Source: Erysipelotrichaceae bacterium (lineage in GTDB: Bacteria > Bacillota_I > Bacilli_A > Erysipelotrichales > Erysipelotrichaceae). Taken from it: a stretch of DNA of 32,000 bases. The stretch is taken from NCBI GenBank assembly GCA_963676105.1, contig OY781039.1, forward strand, positions 1,200,001 through 1,232,000. The letters run 5' to 3'. A program made the translations under genes and the position numbers. How positions within the stretch are numbered: the stretch's first letter is position 1; every line of letters begins with the position of its first letter. The notes beneath the pieces were generated by a model. That model ran no database searches. It was not told the DNA's origin and saw only the letters and a program-made list of their open reading frames with translations. Positions 21,839-31,184 of this stretch are shown one piece after another.

Positions 21839-23128
21839 TTATTTAACAAAACCTCGATACACTTTTTGAGTGAGCTGACCTTCAAGATTTTTGAAAGTTT
21901 CAAGCGCAACACCCACAACAATGATTATACCAGTTCCGCCAACTGCAATTGAGCTAGGAAGACTAGTAAACATTGGAAGTGCATAAGGTAATACTGCGAT
22001 TGTCATTAGGAACAATGCCCCTAAAACAGTGATACGATTAAGCACTTTACCTAAGTACTCTTTCGTTTCGTTTCCTGGACGAATACCAGGAATGTATGTT
22101 CCAGATTTACCTAAGTTATCACTAACCTTCTGTGGATCAACTTGTAAGTTGGTATAGAAGAAAGTGAAGACAACAATTAATACAGCGTAGATTGATAAAC
22201 CATGCACAGTTTGGAAATTAAACCATGTGGTAAAGAAGTCATATAGCCAACGTGTTTGTGAAAAGAAACTAAACGCAGTGGCTGGAGCTGTCATAACAGC
22301 CGATGCAAAGATGACTGGAATAACATTCGCTGAGTTAATCTTAAGTGGTAAATAAGTCACATCGTTCTTACCTTTACGTAAGTTACTTGATGTATATTGA
22401 ATAGGAATTTTACGCACAGCTTGTTGCATAAAGATAACGAGTACAATAATCAGTAAATACAAACCGATAAACATTAAGTAATTCATAAATCCTGCAAACA
22501 TTGCTGAATTAGATGATGTATCAACTAAGACAGAGAAAGTGCTTGAGAATGTATATGGGATACGTGATACGATCCCTGCAAAGATAATAATGGAAATACC
22601 ATTTCCGATTCCAAATTGAGAAATACGATCACCCAACCATAATAGGAACATCGTACCAGCTGTTAATACAATTGATACATAGATGTAAGTAGAAATACTT
22701 GGGTTTTCTAGAATTCCATAGTTAACTTGGAATGCATAAGCCATTGTATAAGATTGAAAGAATGCCATAAACGCGGTTGTATAACGCGTGATACGGTCCA
22801 TTTGCTTACGACCTTGTTGGCCTGATTTTGCCATTTCAGTTAAGGCAGGTATTACATCCATTGATAACAATTGAATAATAATACTTGACGTAATGTATGG
22901 CGTAACCCCCATCGCGAAGATGGAGAATCTTTGTAAAGCACCACCACCAAGTAGGTTCATGATGCCAAGAACAGAATTATCATCCAAACCATTTAGTAAA
23001 GCTGATGTATCCACCATAGGAGCAGGAATACCTGCTCCTAGTCGGAAGATAAATAGAATACCTAAGGTAAAGAATATCTTATTGCGGATGTCTTTCTGTT
23101 TGAACAGATTGACAAACGTTGAGAACAT
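21839..23128 (-). CDS. secY: Preprotein translocase subunit SecY
   Basis: 429 aa, 10-TM pattern, with GGALQRFSIFAMGVTPYITSSII, located between rplO and adk. Confidence 0.96.
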   Translation of the reverse strand: MFSTFVNLFKQKDIRNKIFFTLGILFIFRLGAGIPAPMVDTSALLNGLDDNSVLGIMNLLGGGALQRFSIFAMGVTPYITSSIIIQLLSMDVIPALTEMAKSGQQGRKQMDRITRYTTAFMAFFQSYTMAYAFQVNYGILENPSISTYIYVSIVLTAGTMFLLWLGDRISQFGIGNGISIIIFAGIVSRIPYTFSSTFSVLVDTSSNSAMFAGFMNYLMFIGLYLLIIVLVIFMQQAVRKIPIQYTSSNLRKGKNDVTYLPLKINSANVIPVIFASAVMTAPATAFSFFSQTRWLYDFFTTWFNFQTVHGLSIYAVLIVVFTFFYTNLQVDPQKVSDNLGKSGTYIPGIRPGNETKEYLGKVLNRITVLGALFLMTIAVLPYALPMFTSLPSSIAVGGTGIIIVVGVALETFKNLEGQLTQKVYRGFVK

Positions 23129-23571
23129 TAGAGAACCTCTGCTTTTCCGCCTGCTGCCTCAATTGAAGCAAGGGCAGATTTAGAGAATTTATGTGCTTTG
23201 ACAGTAAATTTCTTTTCTAGCGTTCCTACACCTAAAATTTTGATACCATTGAGTTCTTTTTTTACGAGTCCAGTTTCAATTAAGAGTTCTGGAGTAATTT
23301 CTGCACCGTCATCGAAACGATTGAGTTGTTCAACATTAACGATGGCATATTCTTTTCTTGTGAAGTTTGTAAATCCACGTTTTGGGATACGACGGAAAAT
23401 TGGAGTTTGACCCCCTTCAAATCCGAGCGCTACACCGCCGCCTGTACGAGCGTTTTGACCTTTATGACCTTTACCAGCAGTTTTACCTTGTCCACTACCT
23501 TGACCACGGCCGAGACGTTTACGGTCTCCTTGACGTGCACCTTCAACAGGTTTTAATTCATGTAATTTCAT
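23128..23571 (-). CDS. rplO: 50S ribosomal protein L15
   Basis: 147 aa beginning [39 protein letters not shown]. It starts only 12 nt after rpsE, so there is no rpmD in between. Confidence 0.97.
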   Translation of the reverse strand: MKLHELKPVEGARQGDRKRLGRGQGSGQGKTAGKGHKGQNARTGGGVALGFEGGQTPIFRRIPKRGFTNFTRKEYAIVNVEQLNRFDDGAEITPELLIETGLVKKELNGIKILGVGTLEKKFTVKAHKFSKSALASIEAAGGKAEVL

Positions 23572-23583
23572 TAAGTAATCCTC

Positions 23584-24096
23584 CTACGCACGCACTTGCT
23601 CGTGTTTTAATTCACGTAGCTTAGCGACATCTTCGATTGTTCTTAGATTTTTAAGGGCATCAAATGTGGCTTGAACCATATTGATTGGAGTACGACTACC
23701 TAAACATTTAGATAGAACATCCTCTAAGCCCGCTAATTCTAGAACGGCACGAATAGGACCACCCGCAATAACACCTGTACCTTCAGTAGCAGGTTTCAGT
23801 AATACTGATCCAGCACCGAAGTTTCCAACGATTGCGTGTGGGACTGTAGTTTTAACAATAGGTACTGTGATGAGATTCTTCTTAGCATTTTCAATTGCTT
23901 TCTTAATTGCATCAGGTACTTCATTAGCCTTACCGGTACCAAAACCGACACGACCTTTTTTGTCTCCTACAACAACTAAAGCAGCGAAGCGGAAACGACG
24001 TCCACCTTTAACAACTTTAGTAACGCGGTTGATGACGACCACGCGTTCTTCAAATTCTTTTGGCTCTCTTTCAAAGCGTCTTGGTTTGCGATCCAT
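23584..24096 (-). CDS. rpsE: 30S ribosomal protein S5
   Basis: 170 aa with [22 protein letters not shown] and [18 protein letters not shown]. Confidence 0.97.
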   Translation of the reverse strand: MDRKPRRFEREPKEFEERVVVINRVTKVVKGGRRFRFAALVVVGDKKGRVGFGTGKANEVPDAIKKAIENAKKNLITVPIVKTTVPHAIVGNFGAGSVLLKPATEGTGVIAGGPIRAVLELAGLEDVLSKCLGSRTPINMVQATFDALKNLRTIEDVAKLRELKHEQVRA

Positions 24097-24108
24097 GGCG
24101 TCCTCCTC

Positions 24109-24465
24109 CTAAAATTCTAGTCCAGCTTTTCTTGCGGCATCCGCAAGGGCTTTGACTCTTCCGTGATAGAGGTAACCGCCTCTATCAAATACTACATTTT
24201 TGATTTTTGCTTTTTTAGCACGTTTGGCTAGCTCAGTTCCGACTTCGGTTGCTGCTGCTACGTTACCACCATTTTCTAGTTTCAAATCAACACTACTGCA
24301 TGATGCAAGAGTTACACCCTTAACATCGTCAATAATTTGTGCAGAGATATTCCCATTTGAACGGAAAACACTTAGACGTGGACGATCAGCGGTTCCAGAG
24401 ATCTTAGAGCGAACGCGCATATGACGACGTTGTCTTTGAGCATTCTTAGATATTTTCTTAAGCAT
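24109..24465 (-). CDS. rplR: 50S ribosomal protein L18
   Basis: 118 aa with [18 protein letters not shown] and [26 protein letters not shown]. Confidence 0.97.
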   Translation of the reverse strand: MLKKISKNAQRQRRHMRVRSKISGTADRPRLSVFRSNGNISAQIIDDVKGVTLASCSSVDLKLENGGNVAAATEVGTELAKRAKKAKIKNVVFDRGGYLYHGRVKALADAARKAGLEF

Positions 24466-24486
24466 GTCTTAATTTCTCCTTTCCCA

Positions 24487-25032
24487 CTATTTCTTAGCAG
24501 CCGTCTTACCTTCTTTACGACGGACTTGCTCACCTTTATAACGTACACCTTTACCTTTATAAGGTTCTGGTTTACGAGTTGCACGAATGTTTGCAGCTAA
24601 TTCACCAACACGTTGTTTATCAATACCTTTAACAACGATTTGGTTAGCAGCTGGACATTCAACTGTTAAACCTTGTTCAACATCGAACACAATTGGATGT
24701 GAATAACCAACACTTAGTGTTAATTTTTGACCTTGTACATTAGCTCTATAACCGATACCGACTAGTTCTAATTCACGGCTATATCCTTCGGATACACCCA
24801 CAACCATATTGCTTAATAATGCACGGGTTGTACCATGCAATTGCTTAGTTTGTTTTTCATCATTTGGACGAGCAACAGTAAGCACACCTTCATTTAATTC
24901 AATCTTTAATGTAGGATTGAATGCACGAGTTAATGATCCTTTTGGACCTTTAACCGTCACCTCATTCCCAGCAGCTATTGATACTTCAACACCAGCAGGA
25001 ACGGTAATCGCTTTATTTCCGATACGTGACAT
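24487..25032 (-). CDS. rplF: 50S ribosomal protein L6
   Basis: 181 aa beginning [17 protein letters not shown], with ...VGYSHP... and ...[11 protein letters not shown]. Confidence 0.97.
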   Translation of the reverse strand: MSRIGNKAITVPAGVEVSIAAGNEVTVKGPKGSLTRAFNPTLKIELNEGVLTVARPNDEKQTKQLHGTTRALLSNMVVGVSEGYSRELELVGIGYRANVQGQKLTLSVGYSHPIVFDVEQGLTVECPAANQIVVKGIDKQRVGELAANIRATRKPEPYKGKGVRYKGEQVRRKEGKTAAKK

Positions 25033-25046
25033 TTAGATTTCCTCTC

Positions 25047-25445
25047 TTACCACACGTAGGCGATAACTTCACCGCCAACATGTTGTTTACGCGCTTGCTT
25101 ATCGGTAAGTACGCCGTTAGAAGTAGAGATAATCGCAACACCTAGTCCATTAAGAACTCTTGGTAGATTTTCTACATCAACATAGACGCGCAAACCTGGT
25201 TTAGAAATACGCTTTAGGCCAGAAATAACTTTTTCGCCATTTTGACCATATTTTAGTTCAACTGTGATTACCGCAGGTAATTCACCAGCAACTTTGTAAC
25301 TTGTGATAAAGCCTTCTTCTTTTAAGATTCGTGCTATTTCAACTTTTTCTTTACTGGAAGGTACTTCCACAGTTTCGTGTTTTGCACTAGCGGCATTACG
25401 AATACGTGTAAGCATATCCGCAATTGGATCTGTCATATTCATCAT
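25047..25445 (-). CDS. rpsH: 30S ribosomal protein S8
   Basis: It contains [14 protein letters not shown] and ends ...GGEVIAYVW. The ORF-track start (25466) is a TTG overlapping rpsN. I prefer the ATG at 25445 ([10 protein letters not shown]...), 7 nt after AAGGAGGAG. Confidence 0.95.
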   Translation of the reverse strand: MMNMTDPIADMLTRIRNAASAKHETVEVPSSKEKVEIARILKEEGFITSYKVAGELPAVITVELKYGQNGEKVISGLKRISKPGLRVYVDVENLPRVLNGLGVAIISTSNGVLTDKQARKQHVGGEVIAYVW

Positions 25446-25459
25446 GTGGTTTCTCCTCC

Positions 25460-25645
25460 TTACCAACTAGCCTTCTTAACACCAGGGATTTGACCTTTGT
25501 AAGCCAATTCTCTGAAGCAGATACGGCAGAGTTTATACTTCTTTAAAACTGAGTGTGGACGTCCACATCTTTCGCAACGTGTATACTCACGTACTTTGAA
25601 TTTTTGAGGACGTTTAGATTTATTGATTAATGATGTCTTAGCCAT
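25460..25645 (-). CDS. rpsN: 30S ribosomal protein S14, short zinc-binding (type Z) form
   Basis: 61 aa with [20 protein letters not shown] (CxxC...CxxC) and ending ...PGVKKASW. Confidence 0.96.
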   Translation of the reverse strand: MAKTSLINKSKRPQKFKVREYTRCERCGRPHSVLKKYKLCRICFRELAYKGQIPGVKKASW

Positions 25646-25648
25646 AAA

Positions 25649-26203
25649 TTATTTCCCTCCTGCAGTCTTAGCAAATGGCATACCGAGCCCAGATAGTAAT
25701 GCACGACCTTCAGCATCAGTATTTGCAGTGGTAACAACGACTACGTCCATACCACGAACACGTTGAACTTTATCGTAATTGATTTCTGGGAAGATCAATT
25801 GTTCTTTAACGCCGAGAGTAAAGTTACCACGACCATCAAAGGCAGTTGAGCTAACACCACGGAAATCACGAACACGAGGGAGAGAAACATTGATAAGTCT
25901 ATCTAAGAACTCATACATTTTTTCTCCACGTAAAGTTACTTTACAACCAATTTCCATACCTTCACGAAGTTTGAAGTTCGCAATGGATTTCTTAGCTTTT
26001 GTGATGACTGGTTTTTGACCAGCAATTTGTGTTAATTCTTTAACAGCATCTTCAAGTGCTTTTGAATTAGCAATTGCGTCACCAACACCCATGTTGATAA
26101 CTACTTTTTCTAATTTAGGCGCTTGCATTACTGATGAATAACTAAATTCTTTAACCAAAGCAGGTACAACGTCTTTGGTATATTTATCTTTTAAACGACT
26201 CAC
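25649..26203 (-). CDS. rplE: 50S ribosomal protein L5
   Basis: 184 aa. [43 protein letters not shown] is collinear with B. subtilis L5. The start codon is GTG (26203-26201), 5 nt after AAGGAGG. Confidence 0.96.
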   Translation of the reverse strand: MSRLKDKYTKDVVPALVKEFSYSSVMQAPKLEKVVINMGVGDAIANSKALEDAVKELTQIAGQKPVITKAKKSIANFKLREGMEIGCKVTLRGEKMYEFLDRLINVSLPRVRDFRGVSSTAFDGRGNFTLGVKEQLIFPEINYDKVQRVRGMDVVVVTTANTDAEGRALLSGLGMPFAKTAGGK

Positions 26204-26217
26204 GATGTCCTCCTTGA

Positions 26218-26601
26218 TTATTCAGCTGCTTTTTTAGCTGCAGCTTTTTTAGCTGGAGCTTTCTTAGCAGGTGCTTTCTTTTCTGCTACTTCTTCAGTAG
26301 CTTTTGTTGCTTTCTTTGTAGCTGCTTTTTTAGCTGGAGCTTTTTTAGCAGCTGCTTTCTTAGCAGGTTTTTTAGCTTTCTTTACGTCAGCTAAGACAAC
26401 ATTTGAAACGTGAATTTTAGCTTCCATTTCAATCATGCCGCCTTCTGGATTCGCTTGAGAAGGTTTTAAAGCCTTTTTAACTAAACGAACACCTTCAACA
26501 ATTACTTTGTCCTCTGCAGGGAATGTTTTGAGAACTTCAGCAACTGTGCCTTTATCATCACCAGTGATGACGCGGACTTGATCACCTTTTTTAATTTTCA
26601 T
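26218..26601 (-). CDS. rplX: 50S ribosomal protein L24 with a Lys/Ala-rich C-terminal tail
   Basis: 127 aa. There is a KOW motif, [16 protein letters not shown], and the core runs through [11 protein letters not shown]. The last 54 aa are AKKA/PAKK low-complexity sequence. Confidence 0.95.
   Translation of the reverse strand: MKIKKGDQVRVITGDDKGTVAEVLKTFPAEDKVIVEGVRLVKKALKPSQANPEGGMIEMEAKIHVSNVVLADVKKAKKPAKKAAAKKAPAKKAATKKATKATEEVAEKKAPAKKAPAKKAAAKKAAE
26221..26382 (-). repeat. Coding low-complexity repeat (AKKA/PAKK units) forming the L24 tail, with an internal ~50-nt duplication
   Basis: Plus-strand segments starting near 26224 and near 26320 (AGCTGCTTTTTTAGCTG.AGCTTTTTTAGC....GCTTTCTTAGCAGGT) are near-identical and lie 96 nt (32 codons) apart. 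Confidence 0.8.
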
Positions 26602-26612
26602 CGCACTCTCCT

Positions 26613-26981
26613 TTATAGAACCTCAGGCGCGAGTGACACAATTTTCATGTAGCCACGGTCACGGATTTCACGAGCAACTGGGCCGAAAATACGTGTGCCT
26701 CTTGGGGTATTGTCTTCTTTAATAATAACAACAGCGTTATCGTCAAACTTAATGTAAGTTCCACTATCACGACGGATACCGCGTTTAGTACGAACTACAA
26801 CAGCTGTAACAACTTCACCTTTTTTTACTTGGCCATTAGGGCTTGCGCTTTTAACAGTACAAACAACTAAATCACCAATGTTTGCGTAACGTCTGCGAGA
26901 TCCACCTAGAGCACGAATAACGAGTACTTCTTTTGCTCCAGAGTTATCGGCGACTTTACATCTACTTTCATTTTGAATCAT
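26613..26981 (-). CDS. rplN: 50S ribosomal protein L14
   Basis: 122 aa beginning [28 protein letters not shown]. Confidence 0.97.
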   Translation of the reverse strand: MIQNESRCKVADNSGAKEVLVIRALGGSRRRYANIGDLVVCTVKSASPNGQVKKGEVVTAVVVRTKRGIRRDSGTYIKFDDNAVVIIKEDNTPRGTRIFGPVAREIRDRGYMKIVSLAPEVL

Positions 26982-26991
26982 ATAAGGCCTC

Positions 26992-27252
26992 CTATAACTG
27001 AATCGCTTCTTTAACGACTTTCACAAGACGGAAGTTTTTGTCTTTACTCAAAGGACGTGTTTCCATAATTTCTACTTCATCACCGAACTTTGCAACATTT
27101 GCTTCATCATGTGCTTTAAATTTCTTTGAATACTTCACTCTTTTACCATATAAAGGGTGACGTTTGGATGTGCTGACTTCAACAACAATGGTTTTATCCA
27201 TTTTGTCTGAAACAACAGTTCCACGATATACTCTACGACTTGTTCTTTCCAT
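26992..27252 (-). CDS. rpsQ: 30S ribosomal protein S17
   Basis: 86 aa with [21 protein letters not shown] and [16 protein letters not shown]. Confidence 0.97.
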   Translation of the reverse strand: MERTSRRVYRGTVVSDKMDKTIVVEVSTSKRHPLYGKRVKYSKKFKAHDEANVAKFGDEVEIMETRPLSKDKNFRLVKVVKEAIQL

Positions 27253-27264
27253 GGATAAATCCTC

Positions 27265-27462
27265 CTATTTCACTTCCGCAATAGCACGTTCACTGATAAC
27301 AGTTTTAATACGTGCAATTGTTTTACGGATTTCTTTAATACGACCAAAGTTTGTTAATTGTCCCGTTGCCTTTTGGAAACGCAAGGTGAACAATTCTTCT
27401 TTTAAAGTATCTACTTCTTTAAGTAATTCAGCATTACTTTTTTCGCGGATATCTTTCATCAT
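27265..27462 (-). CDS. rpmC: 50S ribosomal protein L29
   Basis: 65 aa with [25 protein letters not shown]. The start overlaps the rplP stop. Confidence 0.96.
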   Translation of the reverse strand: MMKDIREKSNAELLKEVDTLKEELFTLRFQKATGQLTNFGRIKEIRKTIARIKTVISERAIAEVK

Positions 27463-27881
27463 GCTAGTTCTTCCTCACCTTTCTTGACAAAGCGGCATTT
27501 AACATTAAGTTTATGGGAACCTAGACGAAGTGCTTCACGAGCAACTTCTTCTGGAACACCAGCAACTTCGAATAATACACGACCAGGTTGAACAACTGCT
27601 ACCCAACCTTCAGGTGCACCTTTACCACTACCCATACGAACTTCGAGTGGTTTTCTTGTGATAGCTAAGTGTGGGAAAATCTTGATCCAAACTTTTCCAC
27701 CACGTTTCATATAACGTGTGATGGCAACACGAGCTGCTTCAATTTGACGGTTACTTACATAGTTTCCGCTTTCCGCAACGATGCCATATTCTCCAAAGTC
27801 AACCTTACGGCCAGCTTTAGAACGTCCTTCGTAACTAAGACGATGTGGACGACGATATTTTGTACGATTTGGCATTAACAT
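27459..27881 (-). CDS. rplP: 50S ribosomal protein L16
   Basis: 140 aa beginning [14 protein letters not shown], with ...[24 protein letters not shown]. Confidence 0.97.
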   Translation of the reverse strand: MLMPNRTKYRRPHRLSYEGRSKAGRKVDFGEYGIVAESGNYVSNRQIEAARVAITRYMKRGGKVWIKIFPHLAITRKPLEVRMGSGKGAPEGWVAVVQPGRVLFEVAGVPEEVAREALRLGSHKLNVKCRFVKKGEEELA

Positions 27882-27883
27882 AA

Positions 27884-28726
27884 TTATTCACTTGCCTCCT
27901 CTTTTTTAACAGCTTGCTTAGGAGCAGCTTCTGCAGCTTTAGTTTCCTTTACAGCAGCAGTACTTACACCTTCAGTTTTAGCTTGAGTCATCGCATTTTG
28001 ATCAGCATTGCGATCACGACGTGGACGACGGTTGTTGTCACGACGAGAGCGACGACGTGGGTTATCTTTTGGAGCTTCAGGTTCTTTAACCATTTCACCA
28101 GGTAATACTTCACCACGGCAGATCCAAACTTTAACACCTAAGCGACCATATGTTGTATGTGCTTCAGCTAAAGCATAATCGATATCTGAACGAAGTGTAT
28201 GTAGAGGAACAACGCCTTCTGAATAACCTTCACTACGAGCGATATCATTACCACCTAGACGACCAGAAACCATCGTTTTAACACCTTTGGCACCTGAACG
28301 CATAACTTGTTGGATAGCACGTTTTTGAGCGATACGGAAAGAAGCACGAGCTTCTAATTGATCAGCAATTAAACGAGCAACTAAGTTTGCATCTAAATTA
28401 GGGTTCGCAACAGCTACGACCGTGATCTTAACTGTTTTTTCACCTAACATTTTTTCTAAATCTTTACGAGTTGCTTCAACTGCAGCACCATCTTGTCCGA
28501 TGATTTCTCCAGGTTTAGCAGCACGAATAATGATTTCGACTTTATCTTTTGTACGTTCAATTTCAATACGACTTACAGAAGCTTTTGAATATTTGTTTTC
28601 AATGAATTTACGAATTTCAACATCTTCTAATAAGAATTTACCGAAATCTTTTTCTGCGTACCAGCGGGATTGCCAGTCGCGGATAATACCGACACGCATG
28701 CCGATAGGATTAACTTTTTGACCCAT
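27884..28726 (-). CDS. rpsC: 30S ribosomal protein S3 with a ~67-aa C-terminal extension
   Basis: 280 aa beginning [24 protein letters not shown]. The KH and S3-C domains run through [15 protein letters not shown], followed by a long Arg-rich and then A/K/E-rich tail. Confidence 0.96.
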   Translation of the reverse strand: MGQKVNPIGMRVGIIRDWQSRWYAEKDFGKFLLEDVEIRKFIENKYSKASVSRIEIERTKDKVEIIIRAAKPGEIIGQDGAAVEATRKDLEKMLGEKTVKITVVAVANPNLDANLVARLIADQLEARASFRIAQKRAIQQVMRSGAKGVKTMVSGRLGGNDIARSEGYSEGVVPLHTLRSDIDYALAEAHTTYGRLGVKVWICRGEVLPGEMVKEPEAPKDNPRRRSRRDNNRRPRRDRNADQNAMTQAKTEGVSTAAVKETKAAEAAPKQAVKKEEASE

Positions 28727-28740
28727 GACTTTTTCCTCCC

Positions 28741-29076
28741 TTATTCTTTCTCAGCCACAACCACTGTGATGTGACTTGTACGTTTTAAGATTTGATCAGC
28801 ACGTCCTTTTGCACGAGGCATGAAACGTTTGATAGTAATACCTTCATCTGCATAACATGCTTTAACGAAGAGTTTATCTCCATCTAAGTCATGATTATTT
28901 GTTGCGTTTGCAATAGCAGATTTTAAGATTTTAGAAATTGCAGCTGATGCACTTGTTGGGGTGAACTTTAAGATAGCAGCAGCTTCTTCAACATCCTTAC
29001 CACGAATGAGGTCTAATACTAGACGCGCTTTACGTGGTGGGACACGTAGAGTTTTAGCAGTTGATTTTACATCCAT
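28741..29076 (-). CDS. rplV: 50S ribosomal protein L22
   Basis: 111 aa with [19 protein letters not shown] and ...[20 protein letters not shown]. Confidence 0.97.
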   Translation of the reverse strand: MDVKSTAKTLRVPPRKARLVLDLIRGKDVEEAAAILKFTPTSASAAISKILKSAIANATNNHDLDGDKLFVKACYADEGITIKRFMPRAKGRADQILKRTSHITVVVAEKE

Positions 29077-29081
29077 ATTGC

Positions 29082-29354
29082 TTAACCTCTCTTATCGTCA
29101 TCACCATGTGATGCGATCTTTCTTGTAGGAACAAATTCACCCAATTTGTGACCAACCATGTCTTCTGTAACGAAAACTGGCACATGCTCCTTACCGTTAT
29201 AAACCGCAAATGTATGTTCTACAAATTGTGGGAAGATAGTGGAACGGCGAGACCATGTTTTAATAACTTCTTTTTTACCGGCTTCATTCAACTTTGCCAC
29301 TTTATTCATTAAGTGTTCATCACAGAATGGGCCTTTTTTTAGACTACGACTCAT
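29082..29354 (-). CDS. rpsS: 30S ribosomal protein S19
   Basis: 90 aa beginning [15 protein letters not shown], with ...[24 protein letters not shown]. Confidence 0.97.
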   Translation of the reverse strand: MSRSLKKGPFCDEHLMNKVAKLNEAGKKEVIKTWSRRSTIFPQFVEHTFAVYNGKEHVPVFVTEDMVGHKLGEFVPTRKIASHGDDDKRG

Positions 29355-29372
29355 ATTTTAATAGTTCCTTTC

Positions 29373-30206
29373 TTACTTCGCATTACGACGGCGTACGATT
29401 AATTTATCAGATGCCAATTTTGATTTACGAGTTTTAACACCCATAGCTTTTTTACCCCAAGGTGTCATTGGTGATTTACGTCCAATAGGTGTACGTCCTT
29501 CACCACCACCATGTGGATGGTCATTAGGGTTCATAACTGAACCACGAACAGTTGGGCGGATACCCATCCAACGTGTGCGGCCAGCTTTACCAATATTGAC
29601 TAAGTTATGGTCTTCATTACCGACAACACCAATTGTTGCGCGGCAGTTTGATAATACTTTTCTCACTTCACCTGACGCTAAACGTAAGATTGAGTGACGG
29701 CCTTCTTGACCTAAGATTTGGACTGATGTTCCAGCAGAACGAGCCATTTGGCCACCTTTACCAGGTTTAAGTTCTACATTGTGAACAACTGTACCATCTG
29801 GCATATTTCCAAGTTCCATAGCGTTACCAACTTTAATGTCAGCTTTTACGCCTGATACAACTTTCATGCCTACAGTTAAACCTTTAGGTGCTAAGATGTA
29901 ACGTTTTTCTCCATCGACATAGTTTAATAATGCGATGTTTGCGGAACGATTTGGATCATATTGAATACTTGCAACATTAGCAATAATGTCATCTTTGTTA
30001 CGTTTGAAATCGATAATACGATATAAACGTTTGTGGCCACCGCCTTTATGACGAGTGGTGATACGGCCGTTGTTATTACGACCACCTTCCTTGTTGAAGC
30101 TATCTAACAAGGAACGTTCTGGCTTACGATCGGTGATTTCATCATTCACCAACGTGGTCATGCCACGTCGACCTGGCGTGGTCGGTTTATACTTCTTAAT
30201 CGCCAT
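29373..30206 (-). CDS. rplB: 50S ribosomal protein L2
   Basis: 277 aa beginning [15 protein letters not shown], with ...[14 protein letters not shown]. Confidence 0.97.
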   Translation of the reverse strand: MAIKKYKPTTPGRRGMTTLVNDEITDRKPERSLLDSFNKEGGRNNNGRITTRHKGGGHKRLYRIIDFKRNKDDIIANVASIQYDPNRSANIALLNYVDGEKRYILAPKGLTVGMKVVSGVKADIKVGNAMELGNMPDGTVVHNVELKPGKGGQMARSAGTSVQILGQEGRHSILRLASGEVRKVLSNCRATIGVVGNEDHNLVNIGKAGRTRWMGIRPTVRGSVMNPNDHPHGGGEGRTPIGRKSPMTPWGKKAMGVKTRKSKLASDKLIVRRRNAK

Positions 30207-30270
30207 TGTGTTTCCTCCTAACGCAGTTTATCCGGAAATAGCGTGATTCTTCCGATATGTAAATTAGTAA

Positions 30271-30552
30271 TTAAACTAATTCGATGCTGTTGCCTTCAGC
30301 TAACTTAACGATAGCTTTACGAACAGCACTTGTTTTACCAACGTAACGACCCATACGTTTTGTTTGTGGGCGAACATTGACAATGTTTACTTTTTCAACT
30401 TTTACATTGAAGATTTCTTCAACAGCTTGTTTAACTTGTGTTTTATTAGCAGTTCTAGCAACTTCAAATGTTACTTTGTTATCTTCTGCTTGTAATTTCA
30501 TTGTTTTCTCAGTAATTAGAGGACGAACAATGACATCTCTTGCGTTTGACAT
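30271..30552 (-). CDS. rplW: 50S ribosomal protein L23
   Basis: 93 aa with [12 protein letters not shown] and KAIVKLAEG. The start shares one nucleotide with the rplD stop (TAATG). Confidence 0.96.
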   Translation of the reverse strand: MSNARDVIVRPLITEKTMKLQAEDNKVTFEVARTANKTQVKQAVEEIFNVKVEKVNIVNVRPQTKRMGRYVGKTSAVRKAIVKLAEGNSIELV

Positions 30553-31181
30553 TAAGCTAAGACCTCCCCAGCTACTTTAGCAGCTGCTTCAGTAAAGACG
30601 ATGTTGTTTACACGCATCATGTCGTATAAGTTCAAACCTTCAACAGTTGTGAAGAGAACGTTTTCTAAGTTACGCATTGAGAGATAAGCATTTTCCCAAT
30701 CTTCATTAGATTCAAAGACATAAAGTGTATTTCTTGTGCATTTTAATGCTTCTTGAACAACAACGAAGTCTTTAGTTTTTGGTGCTGCTAGGTTAATAGC
30801 ATCGACCACTAAGATTTCTTTCGCAGCCATTTTTTCAGATAAGACTGAACGAACAGCTAAACGACGAACTTTACGATTTACACGGTAAGCGTAACTACGT
30901 GGTGTAGGACCGAAGGATACACCCCCGCCTCTCCAGTGTGGGTTACGGATAGAACCGGTACGAGCACGACCTGTGCCCTTTTGACGCCAAGGCTTACGTC
31001 CACCACCGCGAACTTCAGCTTTACTTTTGACATCATGTGTTCCTTGACGCATCGCAGCGCGTTGTGCCAATACGGAATCAAATACAGCTTGTTGATTTGG
31101 TTCGATACCAAATACAGCATCAGCTAATTTTAATTTGCGAAGAACTTCGCCAGTTTGACTTAATACATTAATTGATGGCAT
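30552..31181 (-). CDS. rplD: 50S ribosomal protein L4
   Basis: 209 aa with [35 protein letters not shown]. Confidence 0.97.
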   Translation of the reverse strand: MPSINVLSQTGEVLRKLKLADAVFGIEPNQQAVFDSVLAQRAAMRQGTHDVKSKAEVRGGGRKPWRQKGTGRARTGSIRNPHWRGGGVSFGPTPRSYAYRVNRKVRRLAVRSVLSEKMAAKEILVVDAINLAAPKTKDFVVVQEALKCTRNTLYVFESNEDWENAYLSMRNLENVLFTTVEGLNLYDMMRVNNIVFTEAAAKVAGEVLA

Positions 31182-31184
31182 GGC

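Noticed and set aside
23681-24112. A 143-aa plus-strand ORF, plus other plus-strand ORFs at 22893-23183, 23198-23624, 24200-24424, 24809-25036, 25779-26018, 27164-27487, 27669-27878, 27914-28105, 28422-28721, 30055-30246, 30377-30580 and 30936-31127.
   Set aside because: All lie fully antisense to unmistakable ribosomal-protein, secY or other conserved genes. Their translations are low-complexity (S/T/P/F/L-rich), and they lack Shine-Dalgarno sequences. Long antisense open frames are expected opposite codon-biased, highly expressed genes.
26221-26382. The repetitive AKKA-coding DNA and the VVEE-coding DNA (31188-31376), considered as possible CRISPR-like or non-coding tandem repeats.
   Set aside because: Both lie in frame inside rplX and rplC and run to the natural stop codons. 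No spacer/repeat architecture is present, so they are coding low-complexity repeats.
30207-30270. The unusually long (64-nt) rplW-rplB spacer with an imperfect hairpin (AUCGGAA...UUCCGGAU), considered as a possible regulatory element.
   Set aside because: The stem is short and bulged, no U-tract or known motif is present, and I cannot support a function from sequence alone.
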